A stretch of 64,000 nucleotides of DNA from Alphaproteobacteria bacterium (GCA_965178085.1 CBCXTS010000026.1:90205-154204); one strand, 5' to 3'; counted from the first letter of the stretch, positions 30,542 to 40,075 are shown. The notes: generated by a model not told the origin, from the letters alone. Translations and numbers: made by a program.

Positions 30542-31990
30542 ATGATGTATCACGATGACAAACTAAGAGAAGAATGTGCCGTTGTTGGCATTGGCAGTCA
30601 TGATGAGGCAGCTAAGCTCAGCATCCTAGGTTTACATGCCTTGCAACATCGTGGTCAAGAAGCCGCTGGACTTGTAGTACGCAATGGAAAAAAATTTATT
30701 GCAGAACGTGGTCAAGGTTTAGTTAGTGAAGTCTTTAAAGACAGCCGATCTCTTGAATCTTTGTCAGGTAATAGTGCAATAGCACATTCTCGCTACTCAA
30801 CAAGTGGTGAGTCGAGTTTAAGAAACGTTCAACCACTTTATGCTGATTTAGGTTTTTCAGGAGTGGCAATAGCACATAACGGCAATTTAACAAATGCCTT
30901 ATCATTAAGAGAAACTTTGGTAAAGCAAGGTGCTATTTTTGCAACAACATCTGATACGGAGGTTATTCTGCACTTGATGGCAAGAGCTCAAGGAAGTGCA
31001 GAAGACCGTTTGATTAGCGCGCTTAAACAAACAAAAGGGGGATATGCTTTAGTTTGCTTGTCGGATGATTCTTTAATGTGTGTGCGCGATCCTAATGGCA
31101 TTCGGCCAATGGTTTTAGGCAAATTAAATGATACGCATGTAGTGGCCTCTGAAACTGTTGCTCTTGATATTATGGGAGCAACATATATTCGTGAAATAGA
31201 AGCAGGTGAGCTTGTTGTCATTAAAGCAAACGGATATTTAGAATCTTACCATTTGTTTAAAGATGCACGTGCACGACCATGCATTTTTGAATATGTATAT
31301 TTTGCAAGACCAGACAGTATTATTGGAAAATGTAGTGTGTATGAGACCCGCAAAAATATAGGTGAGCAGCTGGCCCATGAGTCCTATGTAGAAGCAGATG
31401 TTGTGGTCCCTGTTCCTGATTCGGGTACACCTGCAGCACTTGGATATGCACGAAAATCAAATCAAGCTTTTGAGTTGGGCATCATACGATCACATTATGT
31501 AGGGCGTAGTTTTATTGAACCAACACAAGATGGGCGCAGTAGAGCTGTTATGTTAAAGCACAATGCAAATCGATGTGTTGTTGATGGCAAAAGAGTGGTG
31601 TTAATTGATGATAGTCTCGTGCGTGGTACTACCGCCATCCAAATTGTTAAAATGGTGCGCGATGCTGGTGCCATTGAAGTGCACATGCGCATAGCAAGTC
31701 CACCGGTATGTTATCCGTGTTTTTATGGTATTGACATGCCACGCCAAAGTGATTTGCTAGCCCATAATCGAGATATTAGCCAGATGCAAGCTTATCTTGG
31801 TGTTGATAGTTTGGCTTTTATATCTATTGATGGTCTATATCGTGCCTTAGGAGAAGAAAAAGGGCGCAATAATGATGATCCACAATATAGTGACCATTAT
31901 TTTACTGGCGACTATCCTGTTGCGCTCGAAAGTAAAGATAGCTGTGATACGTTGCTAACATTGCTAGAGGAAAATAATATACATGTTTAA
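30542..31990 (+). CDS. purF: Amidophosphoribosyltransferase
   Basis: LREEC (Ntn Cys), LQHRGQE, HNGN, PVPDSG, DDSLVRGTT. Confidence 0.97.
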   Translation: MMYHDDKLREECAVVGIGSHDEAAKLSILGLHALQHRGQEAAGLVVRNGKKFIAERGQGLVSEVFKDSRSLESLSGNSAIAHSRYSTSGESSLRNVQPLYADLGFSGVAIAHNGNLTNALSLRETLVKQGAIFATTSDTEVILHLMARAQGSAEDRLISALKQTKGGYALVCLSDDSLMCVRDPNGIRPMVLGKLNDTHVVASETVALDIMGATYIREIEAGELVVIKANGYLESYHLFKDARARPCIFEYVYFARPDSIIGKCSVYETRKNIGEQLAHESYVEADVVVPVPDSGTPAALGYARKSNQAFELGIIRSHYVGRSFIEPTQDGRSRAVMLKHNANRCVVDGKRVVLIDDSLVRGTTAIQIVKMVRDAGAIEVHMRIASPPVCYPCFYGIDMPRQSDLLAHNRDISQMQAYLGVDSLAFISIDGLYRALGEEKGRNNDDPQYSDHYFTGDYPVALESKDSCDTLLTLLEENNIHV

Positions 31991-32690
31991 AGATAAAGTG
32001 ATCATGATTACTGGTGCTACGCGTGGAATTGGCAGAGCAGCAGCTTTGGCTTTAATACAAGAAGGGGCACATATATTGGCAGTTGGGCGCACGAATAGTG
32101 CACTTGAAAGTCTAGATGATGAAGCATCTTCTTTGCCAGGCAAAATTACGTTGGTTCAGCTCGATTTGAGCCAAATCGACAACATTAGCAATTTTGCACA
32201 TAGTGTGGTGGATCGTTTTGGACGCCTTGATGGTCTATTTGGAAATGCAGGAGCGTTAGGTACAATAGGTCCGACATCACATCTTGAGCTTAAAGAGTGG
32301 GTTGAAATATTTAATATTAACGTGATGGCTAATCTTGCGTTGGTCAAACATTTTGATTCAATATTACAACAATCACAAGCACGTGTGGTATTTGTGACAA
32401 GTGGCGCAGCAAGAAAGCTACGTCCGTTTTGGTCGTCATATGCAACATCAAAGCTTGCTCTTGAAGCGATGGTAACTATTTATGCACGAGAAAATGAAAA
32501 TAAGGGGTTGCGGGTTAATCTTTTTGATCCTGGCATCGTAAGAACATCCATGCGCGCGCAAGCTTTTCCTGGTGAAGACGCTTCTAAGTTGCCTGCCCCA
32601 GAGTCGTTGACGCCAACTATATTGAAGATGCTTTCAGTAGATTTTATGCAAAATGGAAAAATTATTGGCCCTGATGGTAATGTGATCTAA
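31983..32690 (+). CDS. SDR family oxidoreductase
   Basis: TGATRGIG, NAG, YATSK, PG.VRT.MR..AFPGED. Confidence 0.9.
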   Translation: MFKDKVIMITGATRGIGRAAALALIQEGAHILAVGRTNSALESLDDEASSLPGKITLVQLDLSQIDNISNFAHSVVDRFGRLDGLFGNAGALGTIGPTSHLELKEWVEIFNINVMANLALVKHFDSILQQSQARVVFVTSGAARKLRPFWSSYATSKLALEAMVTIYARENENKGLRVNLFDPGIVRTSMRAQAFPGEDASKLPAPESLTPTILKMLSVDFMQNGKIIGPDGNVI

Positions 32691-32808
32691 ATCTATTACT
32701 ATGATATAAACGCATATCATGGTTAGCTAATAATCATTTGCAGATATTTGCAAGTGATGTGTTTTGCAAGGATCAATTTTGTTGAGCCCTCACGTTGAGT
32801 TAAGACCT

Positions 32809-34278
32809 TTATTCATTGATATTACCTAATGCGTATCCACGTGCGTGCACAGTACGAATGGGGTTGTTTTGTCCTGCAATATTGAGATGAGCTCGTAATC
32901 GCTTGATGTGGACATCAATAGTACGCTCACCTACATGCACGTTTTGTCCCCATATGTTTTGGAGAATATCACTGCGTGATAAAACCTTGTTTGGGTGTGT
33001 CATGAAAAGATGGAGTATTTCAAAATCACGATGCGATAAATGCAATTCTTTGCGTCCACGCCCAGCACGCTGACTGGTAATGTCAATCCATAAATCATCA
33101 TAGACTATGCGTTCATTGATGGTGTTAGATGATAAGGATGGGTTAGGTTGTATGATGGTAGGGTTAGTGTTTTTTCGGATAAAAACACCTATTTTTGCAA
33201 GTAACTCTTTGCTAGAAAACGGTTGTACAATAAAATCATCGACATCGTTATTAAAAGCCGCAATTCGGATGTCCTCGTCATCATGATTGCTAATTGCTAT
33301 AATGGTTATATCTGTTTTTGAGATATTGCTATAAATTGTTGTCACGAGTTCTGTTGGGGCAATGTTTTCACTCGTCCAGTTAATCATAATAAGGTCGGGT
33401 TGATTGCGCATTAAAGCGACAATTGCTGTGGTTGCATTATTAGTAACAGTTACGCTATAGCCAGCTTGTGTTAAGGTGTTTTTTAACAGTTGAGTTTGCA
33501 TGGGGTCATCATCGCAGATTAAAAGATGTTTGTCTAATAGTGCAATGGGGGTAGTTGCTTTTTGAGTAGCTTTTGTGTTTGGCTGATCATTGCCTATATT
33601 TTTAGCAAAATCGCGCGGCGGATATACACCATCTTGAATAAAAAAGGTGTGCTCTGCAATGTTTTTAATATGATCACCTATGCGTTCTAAATTTTTAGAA
33701 ACAGTGATAAGCTGTACAATATACTCAGATTTAATACCCCCTTTACGCAATTGTGCTAAGAAATGATTGAGGATGTCATGGAAGGCGCTATCAACATCTA
33801 GATCATTGGCAATTAAAAGTTTGGCAATATCAGTATCGCCAGTTAAATATGCTTGACTAGCTTTGTTTAAAGCGCTTTCAGTCATATTGCCTAAATTGGC
33901 AATTTGTGAAGCTAACGCGCCGTCGATGTTACTTTCAGAGAGTGACAGAACAGTTTTAGCTATAGATTTAGCCTTATCTGCTATTCGCTCTAAATCAACA
34001 CCAACTTTTACAGCGGTTAAAAGAAATCGTAAATCATTGGCCATAGGTTGGCGCAAAGCAATGATGTTGATAATATCATTATCGATTTCTGTTTCAAGTC
34101 TATTGGCGTTTATATCTTGCTTCCGGGTGTATTCTGCAAGCTCTAGATCGTTGTTTTTTAGTGCATTTAAAGAATCTTTAAGTTGCTTTTCTGCTTGTTG
34201 AAATAATTGTCCAATTTTTTTACGTAGTTCGGCTAAATCTTTATCAAAAGCTTGAACGATGTGCTTGCTTTGTTGCAT
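32809..34278 (-). CDS. PhoU-PhoB fusion: PhoU domain + degenerate receiver domain + OmpR/PhoB winged-helix DNA-binding domain
   Basis: aa 1-~220 PhoU (RQPMANDLR, DLERIAD, LERIGDHIKNIAE); aa 251-~367 receiver with D53->N300 and K105->Q352; C-terminal SR..IL..IWG...ERTIDVHIKRLR...IRTV..RGY; single uninterrupted ORF with SD AGAGGA. Confidence 0.9.
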   Translation of the reverse strand: MQQSKHIVQAFDKDLAELRKKIGQLFQQAEKQLKDSLNALKNNDLELAEYTRKQDINANRLETEIDNDIINIIALRQPMANDLRFLLTAVKVGVDLERIADKAKSIAKTVLSLSESNIDGALASQIANLGNMTESALNKASQAYLTGDTDIAKLLIANDLDVDSAFHDILNHFLAQLRKGGIKSEYIVQLITVSKNLERIGDHIKNIAEHTFFIQDGVYPPRDFAKNIGNDQPNTKATQKATTPIALLDKHLLICDDDPMQTQLLKNTLTQAGYSVTVTNNATTAIVALMRNQPDLIMINWTSENIAPTELVTTIYSNISKTDITIIAISNHDDEDIRIAAFNNDVDDFIVQPFSSKELLAKIGVFIRKNTNPTIIQPNPSLSSNTINERIVYDDLWIDITSQRAGRGRKELHLSHRDFEILHLFMTHPNKVLSRSDILQNIWGQNVHVGERTIDVHIKRLRAHLNIAGQNNPIRTVHARGYALGNINE

Positions 34279-34335
34279 AATATATCCTCTTTAGCTTTCT
34301 TTTATCATATAATATGGATTAAGTTGAGAACTTTT

Positions 34336-34353
34336 ATGACAAGATAATGACGT
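34336..34353 (-). promoter_or_regulatory. Pho-box-like direct repeat upstream of the phoU-phoB fusion
   Basis: Minus strand ACGTCAT-TATC-TTGTCAT, 11-bp period, resembles CTGTCAT-N4-CTGTCAT. Confidence 0.6.
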
Positions 34354-34384
34354 ATAAGTTAAGCTTCCCCAAGGGTGGGCATGA

Positions 34385-35149
34385 TTAACCAAATCTGCCA
34401 GTAATATAGCCAGTGGTTCGTTCATCGCTTGGATTTGTTAACATCATATTGGTAGGGCCTATTTCAACCAAAGAGCCTAAATGGAAAAAAGCTGTTTGCT
34501 GTGATACACGCCCTGCTTGCTGCATTGAATGGGTAACAATGACAATCGTGTATTTTTGTTGTAATTCATTAATTAAATCTTCAATGCGTGCGGTTGCAAT
34601 AGGATCAAGAGCAGAGCAAGGCTCATCCATTAAAATGATATCAGGCGATACTGCAATTGTACGTGCAATACATAATCGCTGCTGTTGGCCGCCTGAAAGG
34701 CTAGTCCCTGGTTGGTTGAGGCAATCTTTAACCTCATTCCATAAACTGGCCCGTTGAAGACTTTTTTCAACGATTTCATCTAATTCATATTTTGTTGATG
34801 CCATAGAATGAATTCTAGGGCCGTAAGCTACATTGTCATAAATTGACTTTGGAAAAGGGTTAGGTTTTTGAAAGACCATTCCAATGCGTGTACGCAAATC
34901 AACAACATCTGTTTGCTGATCGAGCACATTTTGGCCATTAATTTCAATGAGTCCTTCTGTACGGCAACCAGCAATCGTATCATTCATACGGTTAATGCAT
35001 CGAAGGAAGGTTGATTTTCCACATCCACTTGGGCCAATTAGTGCAGTGACTTGGTTGCTAGCTATTTGCAAAGAAACATCATACAAGGCCTGCTTGTTGT
35101 CGTAAAATACATTGACCTTATGTGTGTTGATTTTAATAGAATGTTGCAT
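34385..35149 (-). CDS. pstB: Phosphate ABC transporter ATP-binding protein
   Basis: [42 protein letters not shown]. Confidence 0.97.
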   Translation of the reverse strand: MQHSIKINTHKVNVFYDNKQALYDVSLQIASNQVTALIGPSGCGKSTFLRCINRMNDTIAGCRTEGLIEINGQNVLDQQTDVVDLRTRIGMVFQKPNPFPKSIYDNVAYGPRIHSMASTKYELDEIVEKSLQRASLWNEVKDCLNQPGTSLSGGQQQRLCIARTIAVSPDIILMDEPCSALDPIATARIEDLINELQQKYTIVIVTHSMQQAGRVSQQTAFFHLGSLVEIGPTNMMLTNPSDERTTGYITGRFG

Positions 35150-35199
35150 ATTGTTACCTATGATCTTGGTGTGTCGTTTTGTTCTTCAATCGATGATTG

Positions 35200-36468
35200 C
35201 TACCATGTGCGCTCTGTTTTTTTACGTAATATTGCAGCTGCTAAATTCATCACAATTAAAAACACTAATAATACAATAATAGCACCAGCAGTTTTTTCTA
35301 CAAAACCTCGCTCTGGATTATCTGCCCATAAAAAAATTTGAACTGGTAATGCGCTAGAAGCATCGGTAGGTAACAATGAAGGCTCAAGAATAAAAGCTAC
35401 CATGCCGATCATAAGCAAAGGAGCTGTTTCGCCCAAAGCTTGCGCCATGCCAATGATGGTACCAGTTAATGTGCCTGGCAAGGCAAGCGGTATAACGTGA
35501 TGCATCACTGTTTGTGTATGACTTGCGCCTAATCCAAGGGCAGCCTCACGAATGGATGAAGGAACTGCTTTTATTGCTGCGCGTGCAGCAATAATAATGG
35601 TTGGCAAGGTCATTAATGTTAATACAAACGCACCTGTTATTGGCGCAGAGCGTGGCATATTGAAGATATTTAAAAACAACGATAAACCTAATAATCCAAA
35701 AACAATAGATGGTACTGCAGCTAAGTTGTTAATATTGATTTCGATGATATTGGACCAACGTCCTGGCTTAGCGTATTCTTCTAAATAAATAGCGCTAAAT
35801 ACTCCCAAAGGAAATGACAATAAAAATGTTATTGAGAGCATCCAAAAAGAGCCTACAAGGCCTCCCCATATGCCAGCTAACTCAGGTAAACGAGAATCAC
35901 CGTTGGTAAAAAAGCTCCAATTAAATTTAGTAATGAGCTTTTGTTGCGTGATTAAGTCATTAATCCATGTAATCTGAAGATCATTTAAGGGGCGTAGCTC
36001 TTCAGCAACGTTGCTTGACAAGATACCTTTCATCAAAAGATCTACATTGCTGGATGCAGGTAGTAAAACATTAACACGCGTGCCAATGAGCTCAGGGCTT
36101 TTAAGTACGATATTTTTTAATTCATACCCTGCACCAGAAGATATCAATCTTGTAGCAAGTTTTTTATCACGGCGTCCTGTAGCGTTTGGGATGCTATTAT
36201 AGATTGCTTTTTTTACAATGCCTTGCCAGTTAATTTGATGAGCTTGTTGGCGGGTTAAGGGCAAAGGTATTTGCTCAAGATTAACCTCAATGCGCATTTC
36301 AGTGCGCATAAAACTACTAGCACCTTCAGTAAAGATTGCAATGAGTAATATTGCCAAAAGACTTAATGAAAAGATAATAGCTGCAAGCCCACTTGCACGG
36401 AAAACTTTTTCAAACAAATGGCGTTTGCGAAGTTTTTTGAAGGTATTGGATGATTGATGATGGGCCAT
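35200..36468 (-). CDS. pstA: Phosphate ABC transporter permease PstA
   Basis: YLEEY, NLAAVPSIVFGLLG, REAA..LGA, GETAPL. Confidence 0.95.
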   Translation of the reverse strand: MAHHQSSNTFKKLRKRHLFEKVFRASGLAAIIFSLSLLAILLIAIFTEGASSFMRTEMRIEVNLEQIPLPLTRQQAHQINWQGIVKKAIYNSIPNATGRRDKKLATRLISSGAGYELKNIVLKSPELIGTRVNVLLPASSNVDLLMKGILSSNVAEELRPLNDLQITWINDLITQQKLITKFNWSFFTNGDSRLPELAGIWGGLVGSFWMLSITFLLSFPLGVFSAIYLEEYAKPGRWSNIIEININNLAAVPSIVFGLLGLSLFLNIFNMPRSAPITGAFVLTLMTLPTIIIAARAAIKAVPSSIREAALGLGASHTQTVMHHVIPLALPGTLTGTIIGMAQALGETAPLLMIGMVAFILEPSLLPTDASSALPVQIFLWADNPERGFVEKTAGAIIVLLVFLIVMNLAAAILRKKTERTW

Positions 36469-36490
36469 GATGTTTTAAAAAATAAAATGA

Positions 36491-37867
36491 CTATTCATAT
36501 ATTTCGCGGTATTTGCGCACGATGCGCAATGCAAATATATTTAAGCCTAATGTGATGATAAAAAGTGTCATACCAAGGGCAAAAGCCGATAGTGTTTTAA
36601 CGCTATCAAACTCATGATCTCCTACAAGTAATGTCACAATTTGTACTGTTACAGTGGTGACTGCTTCAAACGGGTTAGCAGTAAGATTGGCAGCTAACCC
36701 GGCTGCCATGACAACAATCATGGTTTCACCTATGGCACGGCTTAGCGCTAACATTAATGCTCCTACAATCCCTGGTAAGGCCGCTGGAATAAGCACTTTC
36801 AAAATTGTTTCGCTATGGGTGGCACCAAGTGCTAAAGAGCCGTCACGCAATGCTAAAGGAACAGCCGATATAACGTCTTCTGAAAGCGATGAAATAAATG
36901 GTATCAACATTACTCCCATCACTAGGCCAGCAGCTAAAGCGCTTTCGGTTGATGCAGGGATATCAAATGCAACAGCAAAATCTCTTACCATTGGTCCAAA
37001 TTGCAGTGCTGCAATAAAGCCATATACAACTGTTGGTATGCCTGCCAGTATCTCTAAGGTAGGTTTGACCCAATTGCGGATTTGTGGGGTGGCAAATTGT
37101 GATAAATAAATTGCCGACATAAGCCCAACTGGTACCGCCATGAATAATGCAATGGTAGCAACCATAGCAGTGCCAGCAAAAACCGGAACAGCACCAAATG
37201 CGCCTGAAGAACCGACTTGGTCTTGGCGGATGGCAATTTGTGGAGACCATTGCAAGCCAAATAGAAAATCAAAGGCAGAATATAAACTAAAGAATCGAAA
37301 ACATTCTCCAATGAGCGTTAAAATGATGGCAATGGTTGTAAGGACTGCCGCTGATGCAGCAATGATTAAAATGATCAACCAAACACGCTCTAAAGCAATA
37401 CGAGTTTGAGATTGTAAATTGATTTGCTTAAGCTTTATCAAGCCTAGTATTGTTGCTATTGCAATGATAAATAAGGATGTAGCAAAGGTAAAATGGTAAT
37501 CGAGGTAGTGGTAATGCTTCGCAGCTTTTATTAAAGCAGGATTATCAAGCAAGGAGTAGTTTTGTGTAGCAATGGCTTGTTCTATTGTTGATATGAGAAA
37601 TGAAGTAGCTTGCACGGCAGGCTCTGAATCTGTCTCAAGGGCAAAACTTTCTAAGACAATCCATTCTATCAAAGGATAATGGAATAGGCTTAATAAGCTA
37701 AAAATTATAAAGCTAGGCAACGCACACCAAATAGCAACAAGCCAACCATAATGTGATGAGGGTGTACGATTTCGTGTGTTTTTTAAAGAACGTTGTTGTG
37801 TTATTTTTCGATAGGATAAATAAAAAAACAAACAAGATAGAAGAATGATGACGCCAGTGGTTGCCAT
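36491..37867 (-). CDS. pstC: Phosphate ABC transporter permease PstC
   Basis: KP.LEILAGIPTVVYG, LALSRAIGETMIV. Confidence 0.95.
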   Translation of the reverse strand: MATTGVIILLSCLFFYLSYRKITQQRSLKNTRNRTPSSHYGWLVAIWCALPSFIIFSLLSLFHYPLIEWIVLESFALETDSEPAVQATSFLISTIEQAIATQNYSLLDNPALIKAAKHYHYLDYHFTFATSLFIIAIATILGLIKLKQINLQSQTRIALERVWLIILIIAASAAVLTTIAIILTLIGECFRFFSLYSAFDFLFGLQWSPQIAIRQDQVGSSGAFGAVPVFAGTAMVATIALFMAVPVGLMSAIYLSQFATPQIRNWVKPTLEILAGIPTVVYGFIAALQFGPMVRDFAVAFDIPASTESALAAGLVMGVMLIPFISSLSEDVISAVPLALRDGSLALGATHSETILKVLIPAALPGIVGALMLALSRAIGETMIVVMAAGLAANLTANPFEAVTTVTVQIVTLLVGDHEFDSVKTLSAFALGMTLFIITLGLNIFALRIVRKYREIYE

Positions 37868-37924
37868 AGTGCTATCTTGTTTGTTTGGATGTTGAATGAA
37901 TGGTTTTGTCTAAGGTGTTAAATC

Positions 37925-38950
37925 TTAAAGAGCTTCAACATGATTACGCAATTTTAGTAAAGCTGCTTCTTCAAGTGGGATAAGACCAGCGTCTAATAAA
38001 TAACCATCTTCATCAATTGCTCGGTTGGAAATAAATTCAAGTACAAATTCTTTCAAACCACGTATTTCATGAATATGGGCTGTTTTAACATAGAAAAACA
38101 AAGGCCGAGCAATAGGATAGCTTTTATCTAGAATGTTTTCAAAAGTGGGCTTAGCACCTTCAATAATTGATCCTTGAATGATGTCAAAATTTTGTTCAAG
38201 AAAAGAAAAACCAAAAATTCCTAATAAATTTGTATCAGCTTTTAATTTTTGTACGATAAGGTTATCATTTTCTCCTGCTTCAATAAAAGAGCCGTCTTCG
38301 CGTAAAGTATTGGCATGTTCTTTAAAGATTTTTGGGTCTGACTTTTCAAGCAATGCCAAGCTCTTAATACTGTGAGCCCCTGCTTCCATTACTAATTCTA
38401 AAAATGCATCGCGTGTTCCTGATGTTGGTGGCGGGCCTAGAACTTTAATTGGAATGTTTGGAAGGTCAGGATTAATTTGGCGCCATTTTTTATATGGATT
38501 AAGGATAAAATTGCCATGTTCATCAGGCAATTTTTTTGCAAGTGCCATATAAATTTCTTTAAGTTGAAGCTTGATTGGATCCTTGGCACGCGATGAGCCG
38601 ATAACGATGCCATCAAAACCTATCTGTATTTCTTCGAAAGTGACATTGTTTTTTTTGCATTTTTCAATTTCACCGCTTTTAATGGCACGAGAAGCGTTAT
38701 TAATATCGGCATATTGTGTGCCTACGCCAGCACAAAAAAGTTTAAAACCTCCTCCTGTGCCAGTAGTTTCAATAACAGGGCTTTTATAATCGCTTGATTT
38801 TGCAAAATTTTCAGCCACAATTGCAGAAAAAGGATACACCGTAGAAGAACCAACGATACGGATTTGATCACGCGCTTGGGCAGTATGATACATACCAAGG
38901 TATAACGTAATCGCTAGTGTAATAGAAACGAAGCTAAAGAAGTTTTTCAT
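37925..38950 (-). CDS. pstS: Phosphate ABC transporter substrate-binding protein
   Basis: Signal peptide; GSSTVYPF, GTGGG, NASR, GPPPTSGTRD, YPIARPLF. Confidence 0.94.
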   Translation of the reverse strand: MKNFFSFVSITLAITLYLGMYHTAQARDQIRIVGSSTVYPFSAIVAENFAKSSDYKSPVIETTGTGGGFKLFCAGVGTQYADINNASRAIKSGEIEKCKKNNVTFEEIQIGFDGIVIGSSRAKDPIKLQLKEIYMALAKKLPDEHGNFILNPYKKWRQINPDLPNIPIKVLGPPPTSGTRDAFLELVMEAGAHSIKSLALLEKSDPKIFKEHANTLREDGSFIEAGENDNLIVQKLKADTNLLGIFGFSFLEQNFDIIQGSIIEGAKPTFENILDKSYPIARPLFFYVKTAHIHEIRGLKEFVLEFISNRAIDEDGYLLDAGLIPLEEAALLKLRNHVEAL

Positions 38951-38980
38951 TGATTAGGTACTTTCAAATAAAGTTTACTT

Positions 38981-39021
38981 AAAATGTTTAAACATAGATC
39001 GAAAATGTTTAAACATAGATC
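38981..39021. repeat. 20-bp direct repeat (21-bp period), each copy containing the perfect palindrome ATGTTTAAACAT
   Basis: AAAATGTTTAAACATAGATC at 38981-39000 and 39002-39021. Confidence 0.92.
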
Positions 39022-39023
39022 AG

Positions 39024-39052
39024 TTGTAATAAAAGTGACATAAAAATGAAAT
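39024..39052 (-). promoter_or_regulatory. Pho-box-like repeats upstream of pstS
   Basis: Minus strand ATTTCAT-TTTT-ATGTCAC-TTTT-ATTACAA with 11-bp period. Confidence 0.5.
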
Positions 39053-39593
39053 GTCTAGATTGCCAGAACAAGTCCATATCATCTGCTTCCAAAATGATAA
39101 TTAGATTGTAGTACTTGATTTGACAATGATTATTCTGTGAAAATAATGTTACAGAAATGTTAATAGACATTATATTTGTTTTGTTTGTGGTCAGTGTCAA
39201 TGTATAGCGCTATTATTAACGCGCTACTATTATGGTGCATTTATAATGATGATGTCGTGATGTCGAGGTTATGATAAGGATTGGTATATGAACCGTTTGA
39301 GCGCGAAGTAAGTGGCCTCAGTGTGGTAGATATAACGCTCAATGTTTGAAAAGTTAATATATCATATTTAGTTGCAATTTTATTATGAAGGCCAAATAAT
39401 GAATGTAGACATATTAAAGCTGAGACAGCATATTTAGATGCAAGACATGAAATTTGTCTATGATAGATGGTCTCATGACAATATAATAAATACTCGATTA
39501 ATAATAAATACTGCATTATCATCAATGTCATCTTATGATAGATATTAGATAATTGGATATCTCTATTAGATATTTTAAAATGAGGTTTTGTAA

Positions 39594-39938
39594 ATGAGAA
39601 AATTAACAACCCATGTGCTAGATACGATGCATGGTAAGCCTGCAGCTAATTTACGCATATGCTTGTTGAATGAAGTTGATGACTTGCTTAAAGATGTATT
39701 GACGAACATAGATGGTAGGCTAGACCAGCCGCTTTTACAAGGAAATGCAATGATAGCAGGAACTTATAGGATTGTGTTTCATGTAGGTGATTATTATAAA
39801 GGGATGCTCATCAAATCGACAAAGCCTCTTTTCCTTAATAAAATTCCAGTAGAATTTGGCATTGATATGGATCATGACCATTATCATGTACCGTTACTTG
39901 TTTCTCCTTATGGTTATTCAACATATAGGGGATCGTAA
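39594..39938 (+). CDS. uraH: 5-hydroxyisourate hydrolase (transthyretin-like)
   Basis: LTTHVLD, DGR, HYHVPLL.SPYGYSTYRGS. Confidence 0.96.
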   Translation: MRKLTTHVLDTMHGKPAANLRICLLNEVDDLLKDVLTNIDGRLDQPLLQGNAMIAGTYRIVFHVGDYYKGMLIKSTKPLFLNKIPVEFGIDMDHDHYHVPLLVSPYGYSTYRGS

Positions 39939-40075
39939 TGGGTAGAAAGAACAAGATTTTTTAAAATATAAAGGTTTTAACAAAAAAGTAGTAATTCATT
40001 ATATTGCGTTGATAGACATCAACAGTAGTATGGATGGCAGGCAAAATAAATACCATAAAAATGAAGTAGTAAACG

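Noticed and set aside
39241-39609. 122-aa minus-strand ORF as a phoR remnant or regulator
   Set aside because: No H-box, ATPase or HTH motif; composition looks like translated AT-rich intergenic DNA; overlaps the uraH start.
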